This document shows, piece by piece, positions 1-9,366 of a stretch of 61,401 nucleotides of DNA. The stretch is from contig CAYZNS010000005.1 of assembly GCA_964479945.1 (NCBI GenBank), positions 1-61,401 of the forward strand, in the 5' to 3' direction. Under the pieces are notes generated by a model. That model was not told the origin of the DNA. It did not search any database and saw nothing but the letters and a program-made list of their open reading frames with translations. The stretch comes from an uncultured Candidatus Saccharibacteria bacterium (lineage in GTDB: Bacteria; Patescibacteriota; Minisyncoccia; Ryanbacterales; 2-02-FULL-48-12). Position numbers and translations under genes: made by a program. Each line of letters begins with the position of its first letter. The stretch's first letter is position 1.

Positions 1-2
1 TT

Positions 3-743
3 AATCTTGAGAAGATCGCTGTTATACAAGGGTTTCTGGGTGGGGTGGATGAGCAGTGGTTTATTATGGTTCATGTGGCAATAGAGCAGGCGGCCGCACC
101 GGGACTTATGGCATTGGCTGAAGCGAAAGATGCCATTGCACATGGCGATGATGACCGACTGGCAGAATTACTGCATTCCGCGGCTGCCTACATGCATATG
201 ATGGCGGCTATTTTAAAGAAGATGCCAGAGCGGTGCGATCCTCGTATTTACTACCATCGCGTGCGGCCGTATCTCTATGGCTGGGGACTGCATACGCCTC
301 TGCCTCAAGGCGTGGTGTACGAAGGAGTGGACGAGTTCAGCGGAGAGCCGCAGGCGTTTCGCGGGGAAACCGGGGCGCAGAGTTCTGTTATTCCTGTATA
401 TGTTGCTGCGCTCGGCATCCAATATGGGGAGGACGCGTTGGTACAACACACGAAGGATATGTTGCGGTACATGCCAGTTGGGCATCGGGCGTTTGTGGAG
501 GAGATGGGAGGAGGTGCTTCCATACGAAAGTATGTTCTTGCGCGTAGGGACAACCAATGGCTTCTCAACGCGTACAACCATTGCGTATGCAATGTGGCGC
601 GGTTTTTGGAACAGCACTACAAGTTTGCGGTTGAGTACATCCACAAACCGAGCGGAGAGAAGGAGCGCGGTGGGACCGGCGGCACACAATATCTTGAGTA
701 CTTACGGAGCCACTATAAAGAGGTGGAGCTTCATATAATATAG
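3..743 (+). CDS. Indoleamine 2,3-dioxygenase (IDO)-family heme enzyme, 5'-partial
   Basis: Frame is open from the window edge (NLEKIAVIQGFLGGVDEQWFIMVHVAIE). IDO-type motifs GETGAQSS, YMPVGHRAF, heme-ligand region EQHYKFAVEYI and GTGGT. Confidence 0.8.
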   Translation, partial: NLEKIAVIQGFLGGVDEQWFIMVHVAIEQAAAPGLMALAEAKDAIAHGDDDRLAELLHSAAAYMHMMAAILKKMPERCDPRIYYHRVRPYLYGWGLHTPLPQGVVYEGVDEFSGEPQAFRGETGAQSSVIPVYVAALGIQYGEDALVQHTKDMLRYMPVGHRAFVEEMGGGASIRKYVLARRDNQWLLNAYNHCVCNVARFLEQHYKFAVEYIHKPSGEKERGGTGGTQYLEYLRSHYKEVELHII

Positions 744-833
744 GACATCTACTCCTCCCGCCTGCCAACGCAACGCCTACAGCTTTAGACAATGGCGGAC
801 AGGTGGGATGGATTTTGTAACAGGGTGTGACTT

Positions 834-1010
834 AGAAAGTGTTCACAAACCCCTTCTACTACAGCTTTCCTACTTTGGCTGCTACGGTGTCAGGCTGCGT
901 AAAACGGCATTTCACCGTAGCGTTGCTACGCCTTATGCCGTTTTACTTGCCTTCCTTGTATCAGCTCAAAGCAGGAAAGCTTCGTTACGAAGGGTTTGTA
1001 AACACTTTCT
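834..1010. ncRNA. Candidate structured RNA: ~177-nt rod-like hairpin (6S-like or long palindromic element)
   Basis: Nested complementary arms AGAAAGTGTT/AACACTTTCT, ACAAACCCTTC/GAAGGGTTTGT, AGCTTTCCT/AGGAAAGCT, GTAAAACGGCAT/ATGCCGTTTTAC. No convincing protein encoded. Confidence 0.4.
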
Positions 1011-1058
1011 TAAAAAAATTTGGGTATAGACGGTATATGCTATATGCCGTCTTTTTAC

Positions 1059-1096
1059 TTGCAACATTATCTCGCGGTCGCGAGATAATGTTGCAA
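1059..1096. repeat. Perfect 18-bp inverted repeat with 2-nt centre
   Basis: TTGCAACATTATCTCGCG-GT-CGCGAGATAATGTTGCAA. Confidence 0.9.
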
Positions 1097-1142
1097 ATAA
1101 GATATAGCAGTACGCAGTATTGCGTTTTTCGTTGATAAACGA

Positions 1143-1334
1143 AAATACTTTGAATTACGAAACTCCGAAAACATTGTCATTGCGAGGGCTGTCCGCCAGA
1201 GGCGGATCCGCCTTGGGCGGAAAAGCGGAATACCGTGGCAATCCCGTGATTTGCTGCATTTTTTCGGGATTGCTTCGTCCCGGTTACACCGGGACTCGCA
1301 ATGACAAGAGCGCGTTTCGTAACTCAAAGTATTT
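1143..1334. repeat. Nested palindromic element (three layers)
   Basis: Outer IR 1143-1163/1314-1334 (1 mismatch). Inner IR TTGTCATTGCGAG/CTCGCAATGACAA (1174-1186/1295-1307). Innermost 35-mer at 1190-1224 recurs at 53502-53536. Confidence 0.8.
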
Positions 1335-1360
1335 GAGACCAGAGTAGGATGTGGTATAAT
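1333..1360 (+). promoter_or_regulatory. Sigma70-type promoter for the small Cys-rich ORF
   Basis: TTGAGA-16 nt-TATAAT with extended TG, followed by AAAGGAGGTG RBS. Confidence 0.6.
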
Positions 1361-1399
1361 AAACGCAAGTTTCGTTTACTTACAAAGGAGGTGATTGCA

Positions 1400-1582
1400 G
1401 TGAAGAATTGTGTTTATGAAAAATGCAAAGGGGGATGCGCGTCGGACCAATGCACCGGCGTGATATGCCGGCAATGCAGAGGATTAATGACATGCATGCC
1501 GGATAGCGGATGGCTTTGCCTCCCCTGTAAGGAGAAAAGACAACAGGAAAAGTGGGAATTTATGCGGAAGCAAGGGAGTTGA
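1400..1582 (+). CDS. Small Cys-rich protein (60 aa, 9 Cys), putative metal-binding
   Basis: GTG start after AAAGGAGGTG. Own promoter, and a hairpin follows. Contains CxxC pairs. Confidence 0.6.
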   Translation: MKNCVYEKCKGGCASDQCTGVICRQCRGLMTCMPDSGWLCLPCKEKRQQEKWEFMRKQGS

Positions 1583-1601
1583 GATGATAAGGAAGAAAAA
1601 A

Positions 1602-1622
1602 CGCTCCGACCAGGTCGGAGCG
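1602..1622. terminator. Hairpin between convergent units (CCGACC/GGTCGG family; similar at 49588-49607 and 50551-50570)
   Basis: CGCTCCGACCAGGTCGGAGCG, with an A-tract upstream and T-rich sequence downstream. Confidence 0.55.
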
Positions 1623-1634
1623 TAGTTGTTTTTG

Positions 1635-1707
1635 CGCTCCCAACCGGATTCGAACCGGTGTTACGTGGATGAGAACCACGCGTCCTGGGCCTCTAGACGA
1701 TAGGAGC
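1635..1707 (-). tRNA. tRNA-Glu (anticodon CTC)
   Basis: Reverse complement folds as a cloverleaf: acceptor GCTCCTA/TGGGAGC, anticodon arm CGTGG-TTCTCAT-CCACG, T-loop GGTTCGAATCC. CCA not encoded. Confidence 0.95.
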
Positions 1708-1774
1708 AACATTAAAACAATATCATGGAATCGTATTGTTTTCAACTTCGCCTGTTGGATGATACACTACGTTC

Positions 1775-4444
1775 ATGTCTTTATCGCAAGGGAAAGATGC
1801 GTGGCATGCTATTCATGAACGGGAGCTATGCCGGCGGTTTGAAGTGGATGCGCATGCGGGGCTTTCGCAGGAAGAAGCTGACAGACGCAAAGAGCGCTTG
1901 GGCGAGAACCGCCTCACGGGCGGCGAGGAGTTTCATCTGGTGCGGATTGTTTTGCATCAAATCAAAAATCCTCTCATACTCATCTTGATTGCGGCGGGGA
2001 TGATTTCGTTTCTGTTGGACGAGCGAACGGACGCGCTTGTTATTTTTATCACCGTGCTGATAAACACGATTGTCGGCGTGATCCAAGAAGGGAAAGCATC
2101 GCGCGCGTTCATTATGTTGCAAGATCATATTACCAAGCGCGCGGTCGTGATGAGGGATGCGGCGGAGCATGAAGTGCCTGCTTTTGATATCGTGCCGGGT
2201 GACGTTGTTATTTTGCGCGCGGGGGATTTTGTGCCGGCTGATGCGCGTATTTTAGAACAGCGGAATCTCCGCATGAACGAATCTGCGCTGACGGGTGAAT
2301 GGGTGGGCGTAGATAAAAAGCCGGACAGTGTTCCGGAGGACACGCGCCTTGCGGACCGTACGAACATGGTATGGGCAGGGACGCTTGTGGAAGATGGATG
2401 GGGAAAAGCATTGGCGGTCAATACGGCAAACTACACAGAATTCGGAAAAATCAGCATTTTGGTGGGAGAGACACGCAAAGTCAAGACACCGCTGCAGCGG
2501 AGTATGGCGTCTCTTGCAAAGATTATCGGCATATTTGTTTTGCTGACGGTTTCCATTATTTTTGCGCTTGGCTTAATGCGGGGGGAGTCTGCCGTGGATA
2601 TGTTTATTACGTCTATCGCGATTGCGGTGGCAGCCGTGCCGGAAGGGCTGCCTATTGCCGTTACTGTTATCTTGGCGTTGGGCATGGAGCGGATATTGCG
2701 GCAAGGCGGCTTGGTGAAGAAACTCACTGCCGCGGAAACCTTGGGCTCTACCACTATTATTCTCACAGACAAAACCGGCACGCTCACGCAGGCAAACATG
2801 CAGGTATCGCATGTGGTGACTGCCGGGCAGTTGTTTAGCGGCTCTGTTGACGGATTGACGCAGGAAGCGCATGCGAGCGCGGCGTTGACTATAGGCGTCT
2901 CCACCTCGGATGCTTTCATAGAAAATCCTGATGCGGATTTACATGATTGGGTAGTGCGCGGCACCGCGACTGACAAGGCGCTTTTGGTGGCGGGTATTCA
3001 GGCAGGCGTGGAGCCACAGAAAGTGCTTGCCGAGCACCCACGCATTGATTTCTTGCCGTTTGAAGCGGAGCGACGGTTTGCGGCTTCCTTGCATAAAATG
3101 CCAAAAGGCACATTGCTGCGCATAGCGGGCGCGCCGGAGGCGCTGCTGGAAAAATCAAACCGCGTGTACGTAAGCGCGTATAAAACGCTCCCGCTTACAA
3201 AACAGAAGCGCGCCGTTCTTATAAAGCGTTATGAAGAGCTTACGGAGGGGGGCAACCGCGTGTTGGCAACTGCGTATCGGCGGGAGACGGTTGAACATAT
3301 CCCCATGCCAAACGGGGAGCATTTTTTTGATAATCTGGTATTTGTCGGCATGATCGCGTTCCATGATCCTTTGCGCCCGGATGTAGCGGAGTCTATGCAG
3401 CTGGCGCGCAAAGCGGGCTTGCGCGCAATTATGGTAACGGGCGACCACAAGCTCACCGCGCGGCGCATTGCCGAGGAAGTAGGCATTGATGTGGAAAACC
3501 AAGTTGTTCTTGAGGGTCAGGACTTGGAAGCCATGACGCCGGAAGCGCTGATGGAACGCGTGGAATCCATTTCGGTATATGCGCGCGTACTGCCGCATCA
3601 GAAATTGCGGATTGTGGAAGCGTGGCAGAAAAAGGGAGCGGTGGTTGCCATGACGGGCGATGGCGTCAATGATGCGCCTGCCTTGAAGCGCGCGGACGTG
3701 GGCGTTGCGTTGGGGTCGGGGACGGAAGTCGCCAAAGAGGCGTCGGACATCGTGCTTCTGGAAAACAGCTTCAGCGTGCTGGTTAGCGCAATAGAACAAG
3801 GGCGCGTTATTTTGGATAATCTTCGCAAGGTTATTACGTTTGTGTTTGCGACCGGTTTTACGGAAATTGTACTTGTCGGCGGCTCGCTGCTTGCCGGCTA
3901 CCCGCTGCCGGTGCTTGCCACGCAGATCCTTTGGACGAATCTTATCGGCGGCGGCTTGTTAAGTTTTGCGTTTGCGTTTGAGCCGAAAGAAAGGGACGTG
4001 ATGCGATCGCGCAAATTCGTACGCGATAAGGTTTTTACGCGCGAGATGATGTTTCTTATATTCATCATCGGCATTGCCACTGACCTTGCATTATTCGGAC
4101 TGTTTTTATATCTTCAGAACGCAGGGTATGAGCTCTCCCGTATCCGGACGCTTATGTTTATAGGATTAGCGCTTGATTCCATTTTCTTTGCGTATTCATT
4201 GCGCAGCTTGCGGCAGCCGTTTTGGCGCATTCGGCTTTTCAGCAATCCCTTCTTTCTTTTTGCGCTGTGCATCAGCATAGCGCTCTTGCTCCTTTCATTT
4301 ATATTTGAGCCGCTTAGCGGCGTGCTTTCCATAACAACCATCTCCCGTTTCGACGTATCTTTGATTTTTGCGCTTGGCGTGTTCAGTTTGTTCCTTATTG
4401 AGCTTGGCAAATGGTGGTTTATCAGACGCGGGGAAGCGGAATAG
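1775..4444 (+). CDS. P-type cation (Ca2+/Na+-type) transporting ATPase
   Basis: PEGL, DKTGTLT phosphorylation motif, LTGE, MVTGD, MTGDGVNDAPAL, multiple TM helices. Confidence 0.95.
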   Translation: MSLSQGKDAWHAIHERELCRRFEVDAHAGLSQEEADRRKERLGENRLTGGEEFHLVRIVLHQIKNPLILILIAAGMISFLLDERTDALVIFITVLINTIVGVIQEGKASRAFIMLQDHITKRAVVMRDAAEHEVPAFDIVPGDVVILRAGDFVPADARILEQRNLRMNESALTGEWVGVDKKPDSVPEDTRLADRTNMVWAGTLVEDGWGKALAVNTANYTEFGKISILVGETRKVKTPLQRSMASLAKIIGIFVLLTVSIIFALGLMRGESAVDMFITSIAIAVAAVPEGLPIAVTVILALGMERILRQGGLVKKLTAAETLGSTTIILTDKTGTLTQANMQVSHVVTAGQLFSGSVDGLTQEAHASAALTIGVSTSDAFIENPDADLHDWVVRGTATDKALLVAGIQAGVEPQKVLAEHPRIDFLPFEAERRFAASLHKMPKGTLLRIAGAPEALLEKSNRVYVSAYKTLPLTKQKRAVLIKRYEELTEGGNRVLATAYRRETVEHIPMPNGEHFFDNLVFVGMIAFHDPLRPDVAESMQLARKAGLRAIMVTGDHKLTARRIAEEVGIDVENQVVLEGQDLEAMTPEALMERVESISVYARVLPHQKLRIVEAWQKKGAVVAMTGDGVNDAPALKRADVGVALGSGTEVAKEASDIVLLENSFSVLVSAIEQGRVILDNLRKVITFVFATGFTEIVLVGGSLLAGYPLPVLATQILWTNLIGGGLLSFAFAFEPKERDVMRSRKFVRDKVFTREMMFLIFIIGIATDLALFGLFLYLQNAGYELSRIRTLMFIGLALDSIFFAYSLRSLRQPFWRIRLFSNPFFLFALCISIALLLLSFIFEPLSGVLSITTISRFDVSLIFALGVFSLFLIELGKWWFIRRGEAE

Positions 4445-4494
4445 AAATGTTTGGTGCTTACCGGGATCGGCGCTCATTACATTATTACGATAAT

Positions 4495-4618
4495 TTAAAA
4501 TTGAAAAATCAAAATGCAAAATGACAATGCAAAAATTTAAAATAAAAAACAAGAAATTGTATTTTCATTTTGTCATTTTACATTGTCATTTTGATTTTTG
4601 ATATTTACATTTTGCATT
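4495..4618. repeat. AT-rich heptad (CAAAATG-type) imperfect inverted-repeat element; bounds approximate
   Basis: AAATCAAAATGCAAAATGACAATGC arm mirrored by CATTTTGTCATTTTACATTGTCATTTTGATTT. Confidence 0.7.
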
Positions 4619-5650
4619 ATGGAGCTATTGTTTCTAATTCTAATTGCTGTTTTACTGCTAGGTTTTGCCTTGTTGTTTTATACTCTTCGCAAACGCAAGC
4701 CGGATGACAATCAATCCCTCGTTATGCTCCAACAACAATTGCAGGAGATTACACGCACGCTGGACCGGCGGATGGGCGAATCGCATCAGTCCATGCAGCA
4801 GCAGTTTCATCAGAGTACCAAGATTATTCAGGATGTAACCGAGCGTTTGACGAAGTTGGACGAGACAAATCGGCAAGTGGTCGGGTTTGCCGACCAGCTC
4901 CAGGGCTTGCAGGATATTCTCCGCAACCCCAAGCAGCGCGGCGTATTGGGTGAATATTACCTGGAAACAGTGCTCAAAAACGTTCTGCCGCCCGGAAGCT
5001 ATGCCATGCAGTACGGATTTTCGGACGGCTCTATAGTGGATGCCGTCGTGTTTGTAAAAGACAAAATCATTCCCGTGGATTCCAAGTTTTCGCTGGAAAA
5101 TTATGAGCGTATTTTGGCTGCGCAGCAGAGCCAAGAACGCGAACGGCTGGAAAAAGTATTTAAACAGGATTTAAAGACTCGCATTGATGAGACTTCCAAG
5201 TATATAAAGCCATCGGAGGGGACGATGGATTTTGCGTTTATGTTTATACCATCTGAGGCGATTTATTATGATTTGCTGATAAACAAAGTCGGCGCAGTGC
5301 AGGTATCCACGCAGGATTTAATAGAATACGCGTTTAAGGAAAAGCACGTAATTATTGTATCGCCAACATCATTCTTGGCCTATTTGCAGACGGTGCTCCA
5401 GGGCCTGCGGGCGCTGCAGATTGAGGAATCGGCTAAAGAGATACGCAAGAACGTGGAAGCGCTCAAAAAACATCTGGTGAATTATGAAGAATATGTAAAA
5501 AAGATGGGCGCCCAATTGGGTACTCTGGTAGGAACGTACAATATCGGCTACAAGGAACTCAAAAAAATAGACAAAGACGTGTTCCGCATAACCGGCGAGG
5601 AGCAAACGGTTGATCCGCTGGTATTGGAGAAGCCTAAGATTGAAGAGTAA
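4619..5650 (+). CDS. rmuC: DNA recombination protein RmuC family
   Basis: N-terminal TM plus coiled coil, RG.LGE..LE, PVDSKF, DFAFMFIPSE, IVSPT motifs. Confidence 0.9.
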   Translation: MELLFLILIAVLLLGFALLFYTLRKRKPDDNQSLVMLQQQLQEITRTLDRRMGESHQSMQQQFHQSTKIIQDVTERLTKLDETNRQVVGFADQLQGLQDILRNPKQRGVLGEYYLETVLKNVLPPGSYAMQYGFSDGSIVDAVVFVKDKIIPVDSKFSLENYERILAAQQSQERERLEKVFKQDLKTRIDETSKYIKPSEGTMDFAFMFIPSEAIYYDLLINKVGAVQVSTQDLIEYAFKEKHVIIVSPTSFLAYLQTVLQGLRALQIEESAKEIRKNVEALKKHLVNYEEYVKKMGAQLGTLVGTYNIGYKELKKIDKDVFRITGEEQTVDPLVLEKPKIEE

Positions 5651-5669
5651 CAGCTTATATTGAAGACAC

Positions 5670-5697
5670 TTGACAATGCTCTATCGGCTGGTATAAT
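5670..5697 (+). promoter_or_regulatory. Consensus sigma70 promoter for the cold-shock gene
   Basis: TTGACA-16 nt-TATAAT with TG, then a long untranslated leader. Confidence 0.75.
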
Positions 5698-5788
5698 GGA
5701 GATACTCAAATAAGTACTGAAAGGAAACTAGGTCGAGTTTTATCTTCAGTAGCATATTTGAAGAATTACTCGATTTAGTTTTGTTACA

Positions 5789-5992
5789 ATGCAAGAAGGA
5801 ACAATTGCGCGGTTGATGATGGACAAGGGCTACGGCTTTATCAGCCGGGATGGCCAGTCCAAAGACCTTTTCTTTCATTCTACAGAACTTCAAAACGTAA
5901 ACTTCAACGACCTTCGCGAAGGCGACAAAGTTACGTTTGAGGAAGGAAATGGAATGAAGGGGCCGCAAGCGGTCAAGGTAAGCCGCGTATAA
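5789..5992 (+). CDS. Cold-shock domain protein
   Basis: RNP1 KGYGFI and RNP2 LFFHST, KGPQA; 67 aa. Confidence 0.95.
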   Translation: MQEGTIARLMMDKGYGFISRDGQSKDLFFHSTELQNVNFNDLREGDKVTFEEGNGMKGPQAVKVSRV

Positions 5993-5996
5993 CAAC

Positions 5997-6031
5997 AAAA
6001 AGCGTCCCGGTGCAAGCCGGGGCGCTTTTTT
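5997..6031 (+). terminator. Intrinsic terminator
   Basis: AGCGTCCCGG...CCGGGGCGCT followed by a T-run. Confidence 0.8.
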
Positions 6032-6101
6032 AGTTTAGCCGCTATAGCGGCTACATGTAACATTTCTGTGAATTACAAAATGCGGCATCACGTCATCCGG
6101 A

Positions 6102-6160
6102 ATGTGCCAAACCGAGCTGTCCACACGCCTTCGGCGCGTGTAAAGCTCGGTTAGTCACAT
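6102..6160 (-). repeat. ATGTGACTAACCGAGCT...AGCTCGGYTTGGCACAT hairpin family, copy A
   Basis: Reverse complement shares both arms with copies at 10496-10557 and 42866-42923. Confidence 0.75.
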
Positions 6161-6270
6161 TCCCTGCCGCTTTTCGTAATTAAAAGTCAAAGACACGTAT
6201 GCGTTTGTCCGCGTGTTTTTTCTAGTAAGGCGCTCTTTATAGCAACGCTTTTTGTGCGTATGAAAGCACT

Positions 6271-8829
6271 ATGCCATTAAAACACAGGTTATATCTTGGC
6301 GGCGCTGTTGCGGCGGCCTGTATCGTTGCGGGAATAGTTGATGCCGCAATGTTTCAAGTTACATGGAACATAATCACCGGCTTGATGGGATTGGTCATGG
6401 GGGCGCATATTCTCTCCGCGTATGTGATATATCACAGACGCCATGAACTGCGCCTCTCTGTCAAGCTTGCCGTAACAGTCTGGTTTTTTAGCGTTTTTTG
6501 GTATTGGATATTCGCGCTTTTTTATGTGAGCCAGACGCTTACGATAAGCGCGGTTCAGCTCCGCTTTGTGGTTATTGCGTTTCTTTACGGTATTCCTGTG
6601 TTGTCCACGGCTCTGGCGTTGTTTACATGGTTTATTCTCCGGGAGCCGGAACGCATTGCCAATACGCAAAGCGCATCGTCCGGTACCGTCTTATGGGCAT
6701 ATCGCATAGTATTGCGATACCCCACCACGGTAGCGTGGGCGACAGTTTTGTTTTCTATCGGCTGGTACACCGTTGCCGTTTTGTACCTGGAAGCATTTTC
6801 GTTTCTTCCTCACATAGAGCGCGTCAAGACGATCCTTAACGGATATGCAGTGGCTCCGTTGCTTGGCATTATGTTTTATGTGGTACTGGAAGCGCCGCTT
6901 GGCGAGTTGCGATTGCGCCTGAAAGAGCAGTATCCGCACTTTGCGTTTCCGCGCCAAAGCATTGCCGCTAAGCTCATTATTCTCGTTCTTGCGGTGGCGC
7001 TCGGAAACGCGCTGTTGTTTGGGATATTGAGCATCCGCGGCCTTCAAGATTCGCTGGAGCGGAGCTTGTTGATTTTTATTCGGCGGGATATAGAGCTCTT
7101 ACGGTCCGATATCGTTCGTCGTCCGACTTCGGGAACGCTTGCGCAAACGTTTAGCGAGAATCTTACCTATGGAGAACATGGGTTTACCGTCGTTATTCCG
7201 CCGCATGCTGGAAGCGGTATCCAGGCAGATTTTTACCAAATCTTCGCGCCGGAGACAATTCGCGAGATGCAGGAGCGCGCAACCGGTATTTCGCGCGATT
7301 ACCAAAACAATCACAAAATACTCGTATATATCACCGATCAGCAGACGGGAGAGAAACTTGTTTCTACCGTGCATCTCAGTGATTTTTATGCGGGCTTTCA
7401 GGATACGTTTATATCGCTTGCGCGCGGATTTCTTGCGATTGTTTTCTTTGCCGGCGTCGCGATGTATTTCATAGGCGCTGTAAGTGCCAGGGCATTGCAG
7501 CGGTTCGTGGTGAGCGTGCGCGAAAGCTACGCAAAAGGAAACGCGGATTTTTCATGGCGCGCTCAATTTACCACAGGCAACGAACTGGAGGAAATCGCGG
7601 AAGCCGTTATGAAATCGGCGGCCGAGGCGCACCGGCTTCAGAATAATCTTCATATGCTTGTGCGCGAGAAAACGCTGGAATCCGAAAAGAAATCCTTAAT
7701 GCTGGAGCGCAATAATCGTGAGCTTCAAGCGCTGCACGCAAAAGACACCATCGTCTTAGAGCAAATAGGCGTGGGTGTCGTTATTACTGACGAACATGGC
7801 CGTATTACGTTCATAAACAGCTTTGGCGCTGATATGATAGGATACGCTGTTTCGGAACTGACCGGCAAAGTATGGGCGCAGGATGTGCCGCTCGTAACGG
7901 ATGAGAACGGCGCCTCCATCCCTATGGAAGAGCATGTAAATAAGAAAGCGCTTATGGGAGGCGTGCGCGCTACCGCAACGTATTATTACGCGCGGCGGAC
8001 GGGAGAGCGACTGCCGGTTACCGTGCTTGCTTCGCCCATTAGTATTGATGGCGTTGTTGCCGGCGTGGTAACGCTGTTCCGTGATGTTATGCGGGAGCAG
8101 GAACTTAACCGCGCCAAAACGGAATTCGTGTCCCTCGCGTCCCATCAGTTGCGAACGCCGGTATCAATTATAGCGTGGTACGCGGAGACGCTGCTTTCCG
8201 GCGATGCGGGCGATATGACGGGATTGCAGAAAGGGCTTGTGCGCCATATCCACAACGCCGCAGCCGGCATGAGCGAACTTATTAATACATTCCTGCGCGT
8301 TACGCGCATGGAGCTTGGGCATATTGCCGTCAGCTCCAGCCGCGGCATTAAACTTTCCCGCGTATGCCGGCAATGCTTGGAGGCGTCGGGCCAAGCGATC
8401 CGGGGGAAGCGTCTCATTGTTCGTGAACACTACACTGCTCATGAACAGCGCCTGTATTACCATGAAAGCGTATTGAGTATTGTGGTGGAAAATATCATAT
8501 CAAATGCGGTGCGTTACACGCCCGCCGATGGGTTGATTTCCGTGAATGTACAGCGGCATGGCGCGCATGCAATGCGTCTTATCGTTACGGATACCGGCAT
8601 CGGCATTCCACGGGAAGAAATACATAAAATATTCCAGCGCGCGTTCCGGGCACGCAACGTGCCGTATGCAGATGACACGGGGGGTACCGGTTTGGGGTTG
8701 TATATGGTAAAGCAGGTGATAAGCCGGATAGGCGGTGACGTACGCGTAGAATCACAGGAAGGGAAGGGATCTATAGTTACCATAGATTTTCCGGTTGGCG
8801 GAGAGAATGGCAAAGCCGGTTTATCATGA
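6271..8829 (+). CDS. Membrane sensor histidine kinase (multi-TM, HAMP-like, PAS, HisKA, HATPase)
   Basis: H-box SHQLRTP, N-box NIISNAVRY, DTGIGIP, GTGLGL. PAS-like segment IGVGVVITDEHGRITFIN. Confidence 0.93.
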   Translation: MPLKHRLYLGGAVAAACIVAGIVDAAMFQVTWNIITGLMGLVMGAHILSAYVIYHRRHELRLSVKLAVTVWFFSVFWYWIFALFYVSQTLTISAVQLRFVVIAFLYGIPVLSTALALFTWFILREPERIANTQSASSGTVLWAYRIVLRYPTTVAWATVLFSIGWYTVAVLYLEAFSFLPHIERVKTILNGYAVAPLLGIMFYVVLEAPLGELRLRLKEQYPHFAFPRQSIAAKLIILVLAVALGNALLFGILSIRGLQDSLERSLLIFIRRDIELLRSDIVRRPTSGTLAQTFSENLTYGEHGFTVVIPPHAGSGIQADFYQIFAPETIREMQERATGISRDYQNNHKILVYITDQQTGEKLVSTVHLSDFYAGFQDTFISLARGFLAIVFFAGVAMYFIGAVSARALQRFVVSVRESYAKGNADFSWRAQFTTGNELEEIAEAVMKSAAEAHRLQNNLHMLVREKTLESEKKSLMLERNNRELQALHAKDTIVLEQIGVGVVITDEHGRITFINSFGADMIGYAVSELTGKVWAQDVPLVTDENGASIPMEEHVNKKALMGGVRATATYYYARRTGERLPVTVLASPISIDGVVAGVVTLFRDVMREQELNRAKTEFVSLASHQLRTPVSIIAWYAETLLSGDAGDMTGLQKGLVRHIHNAAAGMSELINTFLRVTRMELGHIAVSSSRGIKLSRVCRQCLEASGQAIRGKRLIVREHYTAHEQRLYYHESVLSIVVENIISNAVRYTPADGLISVNVQRHGAHAMRLIVTDTGIGIPREEIHKIFQRAFRARNVPYADDTGGTGLGLYMVKQVISRIGGDVRVESQEGKGSIVTIDFPVGGENGKAGLS

Positions 8830-8854
8830 TATAATAAAGCGGCAGATTATTTAT

Positions 8855-9301
8855 ATGGAAACATCAAAAAAAGAATACCCGCAAAAAGAGGAGAGAGCGG
8901 AAGCAAGCGGAAAGCGGGGGCTAGGTACCGTCATGATTTTAGAGGACGAGCGGCCGCTGCTTGAAGTTGTGCAGTTGAAACTTGAGGGAAACGGATTTGA
9001 CGTTATAACAGCGCGGTCGGTGGCGCAGGCGGTGGATTTTTTAACGCACATGGAACATATTGATGCCGTATGGGTGGATCACTACTTGCTGGGAACAGAG
9101 GACGGCATAGGGTTTGTGGCGCTGTTAAAGGAACATCCCGCCTGGCGGCTGCTGCCGGTGTTTGTGGTGTCAAACGCGGACGAAGAAGATACGCGGAAGG
9201 ATTATCTCGCGTTCGGCGTTGATAAGTATTATGTAAAGGCGGACACGCGCCTTGACGATATTGTGGCTGATTTGAAGCGGATAGTAGGGGAGAAACGATA
9301 A
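8855..9301 (+). CDS. Single-domain response regulator (receiver)
   Basis: ILEDE, WVDHYL phospho-Asp, VSN and YVK positions. No output domain. Confidence 0.88.
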   Translation: METSKKEYPQKEERAEASGKRGLGTVMILEDERPLLEVVQLKLEGNGFDVITARSVAQAVDFLTHMEHIDAVWVDHYLLGTEDGIGFVALLKEHPAWRLLPVFVVSNADEEDTRKDYLAFGVDKYYVKADTRLDDIVADLKRIVGEKR

Positions 9302-9366
9302 GCGGAGGAAGGCAATATTTCACCTTCTTTAGAGAGAGGGTTTTTTGTTGTTAACTTTTGCTTTTT

